The translations under genes were made by a program, and so were the position numbers. Shown in pieces: positions 1-11,171 of a stretch of DNA of 64,000 bases; the stretch's first letter is position 1; each line of letters starts with the position of its first letter. This DNA is from an uncultured delta proteobacterium (GTDB lineage: Bacteria; Desulfobacterota; Binatia; UBA9968): contig CAVUZH010000014.1 of the NCBI GenBank assembly GCA_963745835.1, positions 448,001 through 512,000 on the forward strand, given 5' to 3'. The notes beneath the pieces are model-generated. The model searched no databases, had not been told where the DNA came from, and saw nothing but the letters and a program-made list of their open reading frames with translations.

Positions 1-297
1 ATGCCAGACGCCCCAAGTGGTTATCGTCTGCCTGATGATAATAGGATGTACCCACCGCTTAAGGCCGAGATGGTACTGGCACTTGGTTTCTTTGTAATTT
101 CTTTCACAACTCTTATCGGATTCCTAGTTATGACGGTTGTTATGTGGCGCAAACAACAGACAGAGAGTAACCACGCCAGTATTGAGTTGGAGAAAAAGCA
201 ACCAGAGCTTGAGAAACTTCGCCGAGAGATCGCCGATAAAAACGCCGCAGCTCAAGAAAAAAGGAACAAGATATCTAAGCGAAGGCGCATCGTCTAA
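1..297 (+). CDS. Hypothetical membrane-anchored coiled-coil protein (possibly truncated by window edge)
   Basis: One hydrophobic segment followed by a charged helical tail. Confidence 0.4.
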   Translation: MPDAPSGYRLPDDNRMYPPLKAEMVLALGFFVISFTTLIGFLVMTVVMWRKQQTESNHASIELEKKQPELEKLRREIADKNAAAQEKRNKISKRRRIV

Positions 298-679
298 GAC
301 GCAATTCGCTACTTCGCAGACGCCGCAGGATCTAACCACGTACTCGACATAGCGGAAAGCATCATTCAGAGCGTTTATCTTTATGACGAGGAAGTTGCGA
401 GCCTTCGTGACCACATTCCGGTTCGACCGAAAAAACGCCCATAGTCAAAGATATACATACCAACCGTGACGGACGCAATTGACGATGTCCGTACGATCCA
501 AAACGTAGCCACTGCAAGGGCTGCGGTCGTCCTATCAAATAACGGAATGCGACTCAGCACCTCGACAAAGACGCATTGGAACCGTACCTCGATGGAGCTA
601 GTAGGATTAGGATATCTTACCGTCGTGAGCGCAACCGCTTGGCTATTTCATTCCTCCATACGTCCAAATTTTTACGCGC

Positions 680-1084
680 TTATTTGTAGAGAAACTGGTC
701 TTTCCCTTCCAGTCGGACCAAGAGTTGCTGAACCTCTGGCTGATCGACCAAATACAAGGCAGGGCAAATGAGTGCATAATCGACTAACGAATCGCCGCTC
801 TGCTCGGCTTTTGTCTTTAGGTTGCGGAAGATTTCGTCAATCCACTCTGGAGATTCAACTACGAAGCTTCGATAAGGCCAGCCTCCCTGAGTTTCTGGCG
901 AAATCAACGACCATTTGACTTGATCTACATAAAAGTCAGCGGCAAACACGAGGAACTTATCGAACCCGTCCGATCTATACTTTAGGAACTCCGAATCGCT
1001 TATCGTGATCTTTTTCCTTCTCGCAACCTTTGAATCTGGGCATCGAGCGAATCTGCCCATACGCAGTCGCCGTTGATGAAGCAA
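680..1084 (-). CDS. Hypothetical protein
   Basis: 134-aa ORF with protein-like composition; start uncertain. Confidence 0.4.
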   Translation of the reverse strand: MLHQRRLRMGRFARCPDSKVARRKKITISDSEFLKYRSDGFDKFLVFAADFYVDQVKWSLISPETQGGWPYRSFVVESPEWIDEIFRNLKTKAEQSGDSLVDYALICPALYLVDQPEVQQLLVRLEGKDQFLYK

Positions 1085-1156
1085 GGCTGCACACCCAAAC
1101 GTGGCGCAAACACCGACACAGATTTTCTATAGTTCACTTTAGTTCCGTTCCTCGAT

Positions 1157-1534
1157 CTATGGCTGTGGTCCTGTGCCGGGCAACAGTTCTCGAATCTTTC
1201 TCTGAAGATCCCGAACGCCAAACGGCTTGACGATGTAAGCGTTACAGCCAGCTTCCAAACAGGCGTTGAGATCGTCAGGACTAAACAGCGCGGTTGTTGC
1301 CAAAATCGGTATTCCCTTCGTCTCAGGGTTCGCCCGAAGTCTTCGTGCCATTTCCCGACCATCCATTATGGGCATCATCATGTCCAACAGGATCAAGTCT
1401 GGCTTCTCTGCGATGGTCTTCTCTATGCCCTCTTCACCTCCACTCGCTAAGACCGGAACATAGCCCATTCCTTCTACTATACGGCCTAGTAGATCGCGCA
1501 TATCGGGATGGTCTTCGACAATTAAAACTCTCAT
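1157..1534 (-). CDS. Single-domain response regulator (CheY/DivK-like)
   Basis: MRVLIVEDH...PDLILLDMMMP...AGCNAYIVKPF receiver motifs; start moved to ATG 1534. Confidence 0.9.
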   Translation of the reverse strand: MRVLIVEDHPDMRDLLGRIVEGMGYVPVLASGGEEGIEKTIAEKPDLILLDMMMPIMDGREMARRLRANPETKGIPILATTALFSPDDLNACLEAGCNAYIVKPFGVRDLQRKIRELLPGTGPQP

Positions 1535-2195
1535 TCGCCGCCGTCGATCCGAACACTGACTACCTACGTGGAAACGAAAGAGCGATGCCGGGGTAGAAGA
1601 AAATCCGTGTTGTAGTAACAAGCTGCGCTTCCTCGCCCCGGCTGAAAGGCGTTGAGCAAGCGTTGTGCCCTCGCTCGGCATTGAACAGCTACTCACTCTA
1701 GAGAATCTGTAAGCGTCAGAAGGGAGTTCTGGCTCGGCAGAGTTAGCGGCAACTCTGCCTGGTAAACTAAAGCCACTTACTGATCGGGTTTAGCGGTAAG
1801 TGCTTTTAATGAAGTGACGGAAGCAATCTGACCAACAATGCCCATACAGGCGGGCATGTTCCATGCTCTACCGACAATCGACTGAAGAACATGTGTTCTC
1901 ACTCTTCGGATTGCGCAGGTATTCATGGGAGGCGATTGCATGTCCAGAATCATCATCAAGGAGCCTTTTGCGCCGCGAAGGCGCCACCTCATGATCAACT
2001 ATCGCGGGGAATCTAGCCGAGTCAGCCGTGTCTCCTGGGGTCTGCAAAGATCATCCATCGCCTTTCCGAAATTGGCTAACGCCTCCAGCGAGGACATTTG
2101 TATGATTGTTCTTTTGGTCTCGTTGTTAGTGACCACTCTGCTTTTGCCATGGATCGTCCTGTGAATTGTTTCCCCTCGATCAGAAGGTTTAATCG

Positions 2196-2543
2196 ATGAA
2201 ACGAAAATTCCAGAAACGTCATCCAGATGCTTTCGATCTGGCCTGGCTTGATGATGAAGAGCTTCACAAGCTCCAAGAGGCCATGGTGTCATACCGTGAG
2301 AACCACATTTGCGGCTATTGGCTGCATTGCTTGAACGAACAGCTGGCCATTCGGGCTGGCAAACTTCGTATCATGCCCGGTGCCGAAGCCAGAGACCCAG
2401 ATTTAAAGCAATATCCGATCAGCGATCTGCATGCGGCCCGCCTAATCTTCCGCGCCATCGGTAGCGACTTCAAAGCTACTGGTAAACCAACCGGCCAGCG
2501 CTTTTGTGAAATGCTGGTTCAATGTTGCGAAGGCGCGTTGTGA
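2196..2543 (+). CDS. Hypothetical protein
   Basis: 115-aa ATG-started ORF. Confidence 0.45.
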   Translation: MKRKFQKRHPDAFDLAWLDDEELHKLQEAMVSYRENHICGYWLHCLNEQLAIRAGKLRIMPGAEARDPDLKQYPISDLHAARLIFRAIGSDFKATGKPTGQRFCEMLVQCCEGAL

Positions 2544-2622
2544 CGTTCGGTTTATTACCATCTAGTCTGGCTAGGAAGGGGAAATAACTCCCCGAAATAC
2601 TCTGAGCTAAGAGGAGATTCTT

Positions 2623-2997
2623 ATGAATGTAATACCGAGATTGCCGGAAAATACGAAGCCAGTTTTTTGGAGCTTCGTCATTGGAGGCATTGTTACAATG
2701 TTCCTGGGCTTTAACTTTTTTGGCTGGATGCTTGAAAGCACGGCAAAACAAATGGCCTCTGAACAGTCAATGGCGCAGGTAGTAAAAGCTCTTTTCCCGA
2801 TCTGTCTAGAGCAGGCAAAAAGAGACCCCAAGTACAAAGAGCAATTGGTAGCTCTGGAGAAAGAATCGTCTTGGTCACGTGGGGCTTTCGTAGAGAAGAC
2901 CGGTTGGGCAAATGTTCCTGGAATTGAAAAGCCATATTCAGGCGTAGCAGACGCATGCGCAGAACAGCTTTCAAAGTCATTTACGCCCCCTAAATGA
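2623..2997 (+). CDS. Conserved hypothetical membrane protein
   Basis: GAGGAG RBS; N-terminal TM helix, PICLEQ...GWANVPG...ADACA two-Cys pattern resembling a widespread proteobacterial hypothetical family. Confidence 0.75.
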   Translation: MNVIPRLPENTKPVFWSFVIGGIVTMFLGFNFFGWMLESTAKQMASEQSMAQVVKALFPICLEQAKRDPKYKEQLVALEKESSWSRGAFVEKTGWANVPGIEKPYSGVADACAEQLSKSFTPPK

Positions 2998-3564
2998 GGG
3001 TAGTGAGTAAACCAAGGTCGCGGCAAAACGATCTATCCTATGCCGCGACTTTGGCGCGCGGGTAGCTGCATGGAAGTAAAGTCATCGCAACAGATATGGG
3101 TTAAAACCAACGTTCATCAAACGCCTGGCACTACAGAATGGATCTTCTAGGATTGTCTAAATTTACCGTGCGGCTCACACGACGTGAGGCAATCGTAATA
3201 ACCCTATTCTTTCGATTGATATGGTTGCCGGGTATATGCCCGGAGCCGAAGTTACCCCATTTGGGGAGAAGAGTGGGGTTATTTACGATTGTATCTTTCT
3301 ACCAGCACCTGAAAACAGCAGCCGAGTCTAAAGTAAGAGATAACGGAACAGCGAGCTCTTGGAGGTGGTCATGAGCGATGAGAAAAGCATAAGCAAACCT
3401 AAATCTGGTATCTGTACCAACTACAGCCCAGGTGGGTACAAGAAGCCGGTAAAGCCGGAACCAGAAGAGGACCGGGAAATGAATGAAGGAACAGTTGATT
3501 CGCCGGTAACAGCGAAACCCTACTGACAAAAAGTTGGACGTGTGAACTGCCTAGAACTTCCCGG

Positions 3565-3840
3565 TCATATGCGATCTCCAAAATGAAAGTAGCATCGGCG
3601 TACTTTGAAGCGGCGAAAGGTGAAGAACATTAAAGCAAAGAAACGGTTAACAACTTTCACCCTTGTCCTAGCTCTCATGACTGGCAGCGTGGCAGAACTG
3701 GCAGTCCTGTTATATCGAGGTGCCCGTATCGTTGTGGTAAGTAGCTTGAGCTTTGCTGCGGAAAACGGCGTGCCGAGCGGCGTGAGCAAGACCGGCTTCA
3801 GCATGAGATAAGAGGGATGTTATCGCATCGGCGAGACACG
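3565..3840 (+). repeat. Diverged duplicated segment, copy 1
   Basis: Shares blocks (GTAAGTAGCTTGAGCTTTGCTGC, CCTTGTCnTAGCTCTCA, GAGCAAGAC, CGGCGAGACA) with reverse complement of 7211-7472. Confidence 0.85.
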
Positions 3841-4110
3841 ATGCTGGTATTATCCTAAACTGCAACCGTATTCACGGCGAAACTAACCTGTTGGGAAATT
3901 ACGGGTGTATCCAACATTGCGCCAACATCAACGCTGTCAATGAAAGTTCTACTCGTAGAGGACGAGAATAATCTTGGTATACTCCCGATGGTTCCGGGTA
4001 CTGCTAGTGGCGTTATTGACTGTAATGTTGATGGTTCTCAAAATACTACTGTGACCGCAATCAGCACGTTCACTCAAGTTATCTCCCCTTCTTCATCGCC
4101 GGGAGACCTA

Positions 4111-4341
4111 ATGTCCATTCGTTATCGCAAACACCTGATTCTCCCCACAATCAATCAGGATGAAGTTACGGGCGCTTGGTTCGGCAGTGTCCACATCCAG
4201 TACACGGAGAAGCTGAAATTTCATAATGTTTTGATACAAGTACGCGGAATATTTTGGACAAGTGCTGAGGCAGAAAAGCAGGTCATAAAGGAAGCGAAGG
4301 AATGGATCGACAGCAGACTACGTTCGGGCCACGGCAAATAG
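4111..4341 (+). CDS. Small hypothetical protein
   Basis: GGGAG RBS before ATG 4111; upstream part of the 3940 ORF (MKVLLVED) looks like a decayed receiver-domain start. Confidence 0.55.
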   Translation: MSIRYRKHLILPTINQDEVTGAWFGSVHIQYTEKLKFHNVLIQVRGIFWTSAEAEKQVIKEAKEWIDSRLRSGHGK

Positions 4342-5144
4342 TTCATAACACTCAATTACAGTCAGGGTGTGAAGAGTCTTGCTAACAGTAGAAGACGAAG
4401 CAAAGAAGCTGTCTCACCTGTCACGACCTTGACCCGTTGTCAGGCTTCTTTCCGCCGATAATAGGCGATGAAGGTTGGCCACTTTCCTGTTGGTTTGCCG
4501 GCATTTAATCCGCTTTAAACCTTCGCTTCAGGAAGTCCTTGGACAAGAAAGTACAACGGCATCGTTGGCATTCCCATAACACATCCTTGGATATCACCTT
4601 CAGCTTGTGGCCACGAATTCGACAGACGAGTGTCTGCAAGCGATGAATCAGCGTCCGGCCCACAGTGCCCTCCTAAGCGTTAAAGCAAAAGGTCGCTCTA
4701 GCACTCTTGACGGAGCCGGAAGATTGAATTTACGTTGTTACGAGATGTGGTTAAAAGCTAGGCGAGAATTTAAACAACGTGTGAGAGCTAAGATCAATAT
4801 ACATCAATTCCAGCGTTAGAAGAAGATCGCTTCAGTGCAATTGGACCAATACCATTCAGAATCACCAGAGACCCGAACTATAGCGGTCCTGTGATAATCC
4901 CCCTTTGCTAAGTTCATCTCTGCGACGGCAGATGAGAAGTTGATAACGTTCAATCGGAGGAACTATTGGAACTCGAACCGAAAGCTCAGGATATTTTCGA
5001 TCGGATAAAACCGTTTGCGCCAGAGACGGCATATGAGAAAGGACTTATCTCAGCCGAAGAAAGGGATTATTTCGTCAATCTTCTGGCGGAAAGAAAATGG
5101 GCGCGAAACAACAAAGCATCCGATCAGTAGGCTAAGTTGACGGA

Positions 5145-5444
5145 TCAGTCATTTTGGATGGATGTCTTTGACAGATCGCCATTAAAATAGCGATTAACTC
5201 TAGTTCTGGCCTTTTCGGTTTTCTTCTTTTGAAGATAATCTTGTAACTTCGACTTGAAGTCTGAATGGTCCCAATCAAGTGGTTCAATGATGTCGTCCCT
5301 GTCGATAATCATCCGTCCATAGTCATTCAGGTTATAGCTCTTTCCTTTTGCACCAGTCTCCAGCAACTCTTTGAACTTGTGTTCTGGGAGTTCCCAGATT
5401 GATCCAAATTGCCTTACGTACTTCATCGATTTCGGTTTGGCCAT
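5145..5444 (-). CDS. Hypothetical protein
   Basis: 99-aa ATG-started hydrophilic ORF. Confidence 0.55.
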   Translation of the reverse strand: MAKPKSMKYVRQFGSIWELPEHKFKELLETGAKGKSYNLNDYGRMIIDRDDIIEPLDWDHSDFKSKLQDYLQKKKTEKARTRVNRYFNGDLSKTSIQND

Positions 5445-6043
5445 ATTTCACGATAATTTTTTCACCCATGACGATAATGTGATCGGACCGTTCTTCCTCA
5501 ATTTAACGACGGTTTAGTGTCCGTTGGAGTCTACAATCAGCGGATCGGCTATTTTCCGGCGCGTCAGTTCCCTTCCTTACCCAATGCAGTTCAGCAATAA
5601 GCGCCCTCCAAGGCTAGGAGCGTATGAAGTGTGATCCTATAGAGACTACCCCTTTTCTTTTTTGGGCATCCGCCATGATACTCTGGCCCCAGTCATTGGC
5701 CTAAGAAAAAGTTTTGTAATTAGTCGTCCCCTTAGAGTTGCGATCAGTCCAGCCGGTATGACATCGCAGTATTTCATTGGGATCACTGCCTTGGCCCGAT
5801 TCAGGATGGTGTCAGCCGAGCCTCATCCCGGCAGCTTACTGCTTAAATTCGTGTCAGTGATTACAGTTTTCTCGATCAGCAGTTTGCCAGCAAGAGCTTT
5901 GGACCACGTTGTCTTTTGGTTCCGGTTTCCCTTCAGATAATTATGCTGTTGTAGGTATATTAGTTCAGGACAGGCCCCTGATCACTCTCAAAGAGAGATG
6001 GGCCATCAAAGAACTTCATTACGGCGGTGAGCCACCAAAACAA

Positions 6044-6340
6044 ATGGATAAGCATGACTTCAGTTACGTTTTGTTTAGCGCAGCCTTGGGTGCGTTGGGT
6101 GTGTTTCTGATAGCCGGACTAGCTCTAAAGGATCGCATCCTGATTATCTTTGGCGGCGTCTGTCTAGGTCTGGCGCTTATCGCTTCTATTGTTTATATGA
6201 TTCACCTCGCTCGCGGTCCGAAATATGAGCCGAGACTCAATGAGAACGGCGACATCATTTCCATCTGGTGTCTGAGGTGTATGAAAAACAACGATCCGAC
6301 ACGTAGCCGCTGCAAGAGCTGCGGTCGTCCTATTAGATAA
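6044..6340 (+). CDS. Two-TM membrane protein with C-terminal zinc ribbon
   Basis: Two hydrophobic helices then CLRC...CKSCG; start uncertain. Confidence 0.6.
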   Translation: MDKHDFSYVLFSAALGALGVFLIAGLALKDRILIIFGGVCLGLALIASIVYMIHLARGPKYEPRLNENGDIISIWCLRCMKNNDPTRSRCKSCGRPIR

Positions 6341-6385
6341 TGGAATCCGACTCGCAATCTCGACAAAGAGGCCCGAATGCCGTTT

Positions 6386-6697
6386 TCAATGATCTTTGCC
6401 GGTGACTTTAAACTGGGTTAAAGAAGACTGTCCGGCTCCCAAGTTTTGCATCATCTTCTCGTATTCAAGGATTACTCTATCCTCAAGCTTTTTGCGTGTT
6501 TCACTATTAATCGGATGTGCAATGTCTTTATAGGTGCCATCTTTTCGCTTTCTACTAGGCATCGATAAGAAGTAACCCTTGCTTCCTGTGATGATCTTAA
6601 GATCGCTAATGACGAAACAGTGATCGAGAGTGATCGTAACGTATGCTCGAAGCTTGTCTTCATCGGTCGGACGAATCTTTACGTCGGTAACTTCCAT
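6386..6697 (-). CDS. spoVG: SpoVG family nucleic-acid-binding regulator
   Basis: MEVTDVKI...KLRAYVTITLD..FVISDLKII...FLSMPSRKRKDGTYKDIAHPINSETR signature. Confidence 0.93.
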   Translation of the reverse strand: MEVTDVKIRPTDEDKLRAYVTITLDHCFVISDLKIITGSKGYFLSMPSRKRKDGTYKDIAHPINSETRKKLEDRVILEYEKMMQNLGAGQSSLTQFKVTGKDH

Positions 6698-6716
6698 CGA
6701 ACCAATCCAGCAGCCG

Positions 6717-7112
6717 TCAAGTCGAAGACCTCGCCAACGCACACTTGGCTTTATCGTGGAGAGATCTTCGTATGGCCTCGACTAGCTCTCTCACACGAAA
6801 AGGTTTGATCAAAAGGGAGGATACACCGGATTCAGTAATGCTTGCCGTCATTCGTGCTGTTGGATCGGCGGTGATAAGCACGACTGGGGTGCTGCCGAAG
6901 TTTCCAAGTATGTGCCTAGCCAACTCGAAGCCGTTTAATCCTGGCATCCTGACATCGGATACGACCACATCGAAAGACTCACATTCCAGTCTCTGAAGAG
7001 CTTGGGAGCCGTTGAGAGCTTGTTCCACAACAATACCTCTAAATTCGAGGCACTTCGCGAGTAATCGCAGATTGTCTTGGTGGTCCTCGACTATTAGAAC
7101 TTTCGTTGACAC
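6717..7112 (-). CDS. Single-domain response regulator
   Basis: KVLIVEDH...DVVVSDVRMPGLNG...ITA...KPF. Confidence 0.9.
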   Translation of the reverse strand: MSTKVLIVEDHQDNLRLLAKCLEFRGIVVEQALNGSQALQRLECESFDVVVSDVRMPGLNGFELARHILGNFGSTPVVLITADPTARMTASITESGVSSLLIKPFRVRELVEAIRRSLHDKAKCALARSST

Positions 7113-7210
7113 CGGCGCTAACAGCGCAATGTTCGGACCAAACTCTTTAGGTAATCAAAGCCTAGTGTCTCATGAATCTGGTTGCACATTTGGGAAAATA
7201 GGCAGGGCCA

Positions 7211-7472
7211 TGTCTCGCCGGTGGTCGATCACAGCCGTCTTTTCTCCTGCTGAAGCTTGTCTTGCTCCCACCCCGGTGAACCATTCTCGGCAGCAAAGCT
7301 CAAGCTACTTACAATAACTATGCGGCCCCTTCGGTATGACAGCACTGCGAGTTCTGCCGGTGTCAATCCTGAGAGCTATGACAAGGTTGTCAGCCAGTTC
7401 ATTATTAATGTTCTTTCACCTTCTCGCTGTGCAATATACCCGTGACAACTTCATTCTGCAGACCGCATAGCT
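7211..7472 (-). repeat. Diverged duplicated segment, copy 2
   Basis: Inverted homolog of 3565-3840. Confidence 0.85.
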
Positions 7473-7925
7473 CATCATAAATAAAGCATGCGCCTGATAC
7501 TGATTTCCGGTCATCGATCTTGGAAACGCTTCTATCGTAGATTTACGATATGTCTCCGGCACTGCAGCTGAGATGCTTGATGTGCATTTCCCATCTCTCT
7601 TCTCTCTTTTGATTCTCGATATTAAGAACGTGCTCTCTCTTCTGAATTCCTCTTCTCTATCACATTCGAGTCAACAATTGCCTGGAGGGAATAGAAATTC
7701 CCATAACTGCCTAATAACTTCTGAAACTGCTGAACGTCAGCAAGACCGAACCTCAGTTGAGAGAGGATCAAACAGCAAACGATAGAAAACGATTGACAGA
7801 AATTCACAGCTATGGAAATGAATTGTTGCCACTCAGTACCGTAGCCTGAACTAAAACAGTCTCTAGGATTACTGCTGAGCGGGCCAACAGCATATCTATA
7901 AACTCGCGAGCTTTGGTGCAGGGCA

Positions 7926-8288
7926 ATGACCAAGAGGGTTTTGGTCGTCGATGATGAGCCAGCCAATCTACGAATGTTAAGGTACGTCCTCAGCCATAAG
8001 GGATATGAAACGGCGGAAGCAAAAGATGGCTTGGAGGCTCTGGAGCTGTTGGGCCAGTCGCGATTTGATCTTGTGATTTCCGATGTGAGAATGCCTCGCA
8101 TGGACGGCGTGGCTCTCGCAAGGCACATTGTTTCCAGCCAGCCGATCACTCCTATTTTTCTGATGACCGCGTACCACTTCGACATTCGTGACGATATTTC
8201 AGCCCTTAACGTTCCCTGCCTGGGTAAGCCTTTTTCATTTGACGAGTTGCTGTCGCAAATCCAAAAGGTGCTTGGAGAAGATCGGTAA
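7926..8288 (+). CDS. Single-domain response regulator
   Basis: RVLVVDDE...DLVISDVRMPRMDG...MTA...KPF. Confidence 0.92.
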   Translation: MTKRVLVVDDEPANLRMLRYVLSHKGYETAEAKDGLEALELLGQSRFDLVISDVRMPRMDGVALARHIVSSQPITPIFLMTAYHFDIRDDISALNVPCLGKPFSFDELLSQIQKVLGEDR

Positions 8289-8446
8289 ACCGAACTCTGA
8301 ACTGGTGAGGCGCTGACTGTCAGTTGGCTTTGCTATGGATTGATCCCCACAGGGCCAACCTATCTTATTCCTAATTCAACATAGTGGTAGAGTCCATCGA
8401 GAAGACCTTCAGGACCGGCTCTAACTGAGGCTCGATCGGAGGATAC

Positions 8447-8851
8447 TTGGAACCCAATTACTTCAATCCATCTGGCCCGTTATCCGCAAGCGCCACAGAT
8501 CACCGCATCTTACCCGAAGCGGAACTTTGGACCCAGGTGATCCTACAGGCGATAGCTGATCTCGACGGACGTACATCACTAACGCCACGTTCAGCCAAAG
8601 ATTCTGCTAGAGAATGGTTTGCCTCCGAGTGTGATGGGGTGTGCAGCTTTATTTGGGCTTGTCAGATCATCAATGTGGACCCAAATTTCATTCGCTCGCA
8701 ACTGGCCAAGAAGCTGCGGATGAAGAAGTCAGACCAAGTGATGCCAGCCATAGCTCAAGGAGCAAAAGCCTTGAGGAGAAAAAACTCACCGCTGTTGGAT
8801 AACTTGGATCGCGCCGAAGCGCGGCCAGCTTTAAAAAGACTGGTAGCATAA
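8447..8851 (+). CDS. Conserved hypothetical protein
   Basis: GGAGG RBS before TTG; ELWTQVILQAIAD...AREWF...SFIWAC...DPNFIR pattern. Confidence 0.65.
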   Translation: MEPNYFNPSGPLSASATDHRILPEAELWTQVILQAIADLDGRTSLTPRSAKDSAREWFASECDGVCSFIWACQIINVDPNFIRSQLAKKLRMKKSDQVMPAIAQGAKALRRKNSPLLDNLDRAEARPALKRLVA

Positions 8852-8982
8852 CTGTGAAGGGACGCTCAGCAAGAGCGACCCGTTTAACCTCGGCGCTTTC
8901 TACTCTATTATTTGATAGCATCGCATCAAGGCAGAACCATAACGTTTCTAAATGATCAAAGCTTGGTCGTAAGGAGGAAATA

Positions 8983-9528
8983 ATGAAGTCACACAAAAGG
9001 CTCGTGCTTCGTTTCGCGTTTGGCATCGCTTTTCTTTTCGCGATTTCCCCGGCATCGGCTCTCAACGTTGGCGATAAGGCACCGGATTTCGAGCTTGAGA
9101 GTAGCAAAGGCGGCAAGCTTAAATTGAGTGATCTCAAAGGTAAAAACGTACTAATCAACTTTTATGTTCTCGATTTCAGTCCGACCTGAATCAAAGACTT
9201 GCAAGCGTCCGGTTCGGACAATTATTCGATGTTTCAGGCCGAGAATACTGAAGTGGTCGGAATTAGCGGCAACGCTCCTTTCTCACAAAAGGCTTTTGCC
9301 GACTTCGCAAAAATCACATACCCGCTGTTGAGCGACAGAGAGGGTAAAGTCATGCAAGCATTCGGGGTGTATGATGAACCGAGGAGGGTAGCCAAACGCT
9401 CTTATGTCATTGTCGATAAGGAGGGAGTAATCCGGTATCTCAATATCCGTCCTAGCAACAGCGAGAAGGATCTTCTCTCGACCGAAGAATTGCTCACCGC
9501 AGTCAAGAAGGTCAATAAAGGTACCTAG
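8983..9528 (+). CDS. Secreted peroxiredoxin-like (AhpC/TSA) selenoprotein, Sec69 at TGA 9187-9189
   Basis: AAGGAGG RBS, signal peptide, VGDKAPDFEL...NFYVLDFSPT-TGA-IKDL continues in frame to GIS..YPLLSD..KRSYVIVDKEGVIRY; TGA sits at the catalytic Cys position. Confidence 0.88.
9207..9219 (+). promoter_or_regulatory. Candidate bacterial SECIS apical hairpin
   Basis: GTCCG-GTT-CGGAC, loop 22 nt after the in-frame TGA. Confidence 0.6.
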
Positions 9529-9679
9529 TATAATCTTTGCGCCGATGTAGCGCAGAAAGATTTTAGTTTGCTGTCAGCCCCGTGCATCCGCTGGAGCTGA
9601 CAGCCTGAGAACGACTGCTTGACGCACCCTAACGAAGCCTTGGAAAACCAGGTGCCTCAGCTCTAAGGCTACAGAACGC

Positions 9680-9870
9680 TTGACCAAGGGCACAAGTGCT
9701 CACGGTAATGCGGGCGAAGCATCCATATTTCTTGTTCTCGCCGATCGCAAGCTGAAGCCCGGGGGCATGTTGGCGTTGGTCATGCCTCTTAGTCTCATGT
9801 CTGGTGACTCTTGGGAGGACTCATGTGCGTTACTGGCTAAGAACTACACCGACGTTGTGCTGGTCTGTTG
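9680..9870 (+). pseudogene. Fragment of an N6-adenine DNA methyltransferase / type IIG restriction-modification gene
   Basis: HGNAGEASIFLVLADRKLKPGGMLALVMPLSLMSG resembles the post-NPPY LKPGG segment; no start or remainder. Confidence 0.55.
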
Positions 9871-10020
9871 TAGCATGCTTGGTCATTTGTTCCTTGCTCT
9901 AGCTCCACAGTCCGGAGTTCATAATCCAGCCATCAGTGCGCAAAAACAGCCTTGCAATGCACGAACTTAGATGACCGCATTTGATCTGAAGTCAACGCGC
10001 TCCGACAGGAAATAGGGAAA

Positions 10021-10350
10021 TTGCCAGACGATGACGCGATCGCCCGACTGGTGAAATCTTTTTTCTTCTTTGCTTTTGCCTGCGAACGGAAGAAAATGCC
10101 GGACATGACAACAATATCCATCGATACTGAAACCTATAAGCGGCTGCTTAAGCACCTCCCCAGCGACGTCAAGCTGCGAATTGACGGACGGGCAACGACA
10201 CCTTCCGGAAACGCCACAACGATCAATTGCGACGCGAAGGATCAGGAGAACATCATCGCAATCGCGAGGCGACACTTTCCGGACAAAGCATGGGAAATTG
10301 AGAGAGAGGTTCGAATTGCTAGGGCTGAGCCACAGGAGAAACCGAAATAG
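10021..10350 (+). CDS. Hypothetical protein
   Basis: Protein-like ORF; true start may be an internal ATG (MPDMTT). Confidence 0.45.
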   Translation: MPDDDAIARLVKSFFFFAFACERKKMPDMTTISIDTETYKRLLKHLPSDVKLRIDGRATTPSGNATTINCDAKDQENIIAIARRHFPDKAWEIEREVRIARAEPQEKPK

Positions 10351-10523
10351 GCGGATTGTCGGAATTTTGTCGGACCTGTCATAACAGAACCGCCGCGGAC
10401 TCATCGACAGGCCGGTTTGAGGGAACGAGATAGCACACAGGGGATTCTTACAATCCGTCAGGGATGCCGAATCTACAGCGTGCACGGTTCGTAGAATCGA
10501 CGCAGGATCACTCATTGGTAGGA

Positions 10524-10900
10524 TCATGGATCAGGCTCAGTTGTGGCTTTACCGTTGGTATGCGCTGGTTCATGCTCATCGTCTTCATCTCTCACTGCTG
10601 GTAAGAGTGTTTTCTTTTGCTTGTTGATCAGCGAAGGCTGCGTGAGTAACCGGGCGTCAATCGAATCGAGGATCAGCTTGGACTTAACGCAGAGATCGAT
10701 GAGTGCGGATTGTTGAGTTGAAATACTATCGGCGCCGCCGAGATCGTCAATTAGATCAGCGCGCCACTTGGCCAGCGTTTTTCCAAGAGAGGTTCGTTGT
10801 CTATTACCCGTCCACCTAGCCCCTTAACGGCCTCTCTGAGCGGCCTAAGTCCGTGTGTGACGGCATATCCGTTGCCTTTTGCTGCCGGCTGGCGGCGGAT
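10524..10900 (-). pseudogene. Frameshifted mobile-element-type hypothetical protein
   Basis: THGLRPLREAVKGLGGRVID then, after a 1-nt shift near 10798, RTSLGKTLAKWRADLIDDLGG...STQQSALIDL...LDSID; family assignment from recollection. Confidence 0.5.
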
Positions 10901-11171
10901 TTCCGTTCCAACGGCGCTTTTTACTTCTAATCGCATCCAACAACCGCATCCACACCACAAAACTGCTTTAAATCAATAGCTTTCGTCTCAGAGCGAGACT
11001 CCCAGGAAATATGTCACTAGCGTCTGAGAAATAGTGAAGCGTCGAAATCTGATCTCTCCGTTGGATAGATGCTCTTGTCGTGGAGTGTTCTTATCATTAC
11101 ATAACCTGCCGGCCGTAGAAGCGATAACGGCGGTCTGCCTATCTCTTGAAGTTGCGATTTTTAAGAGCGGA

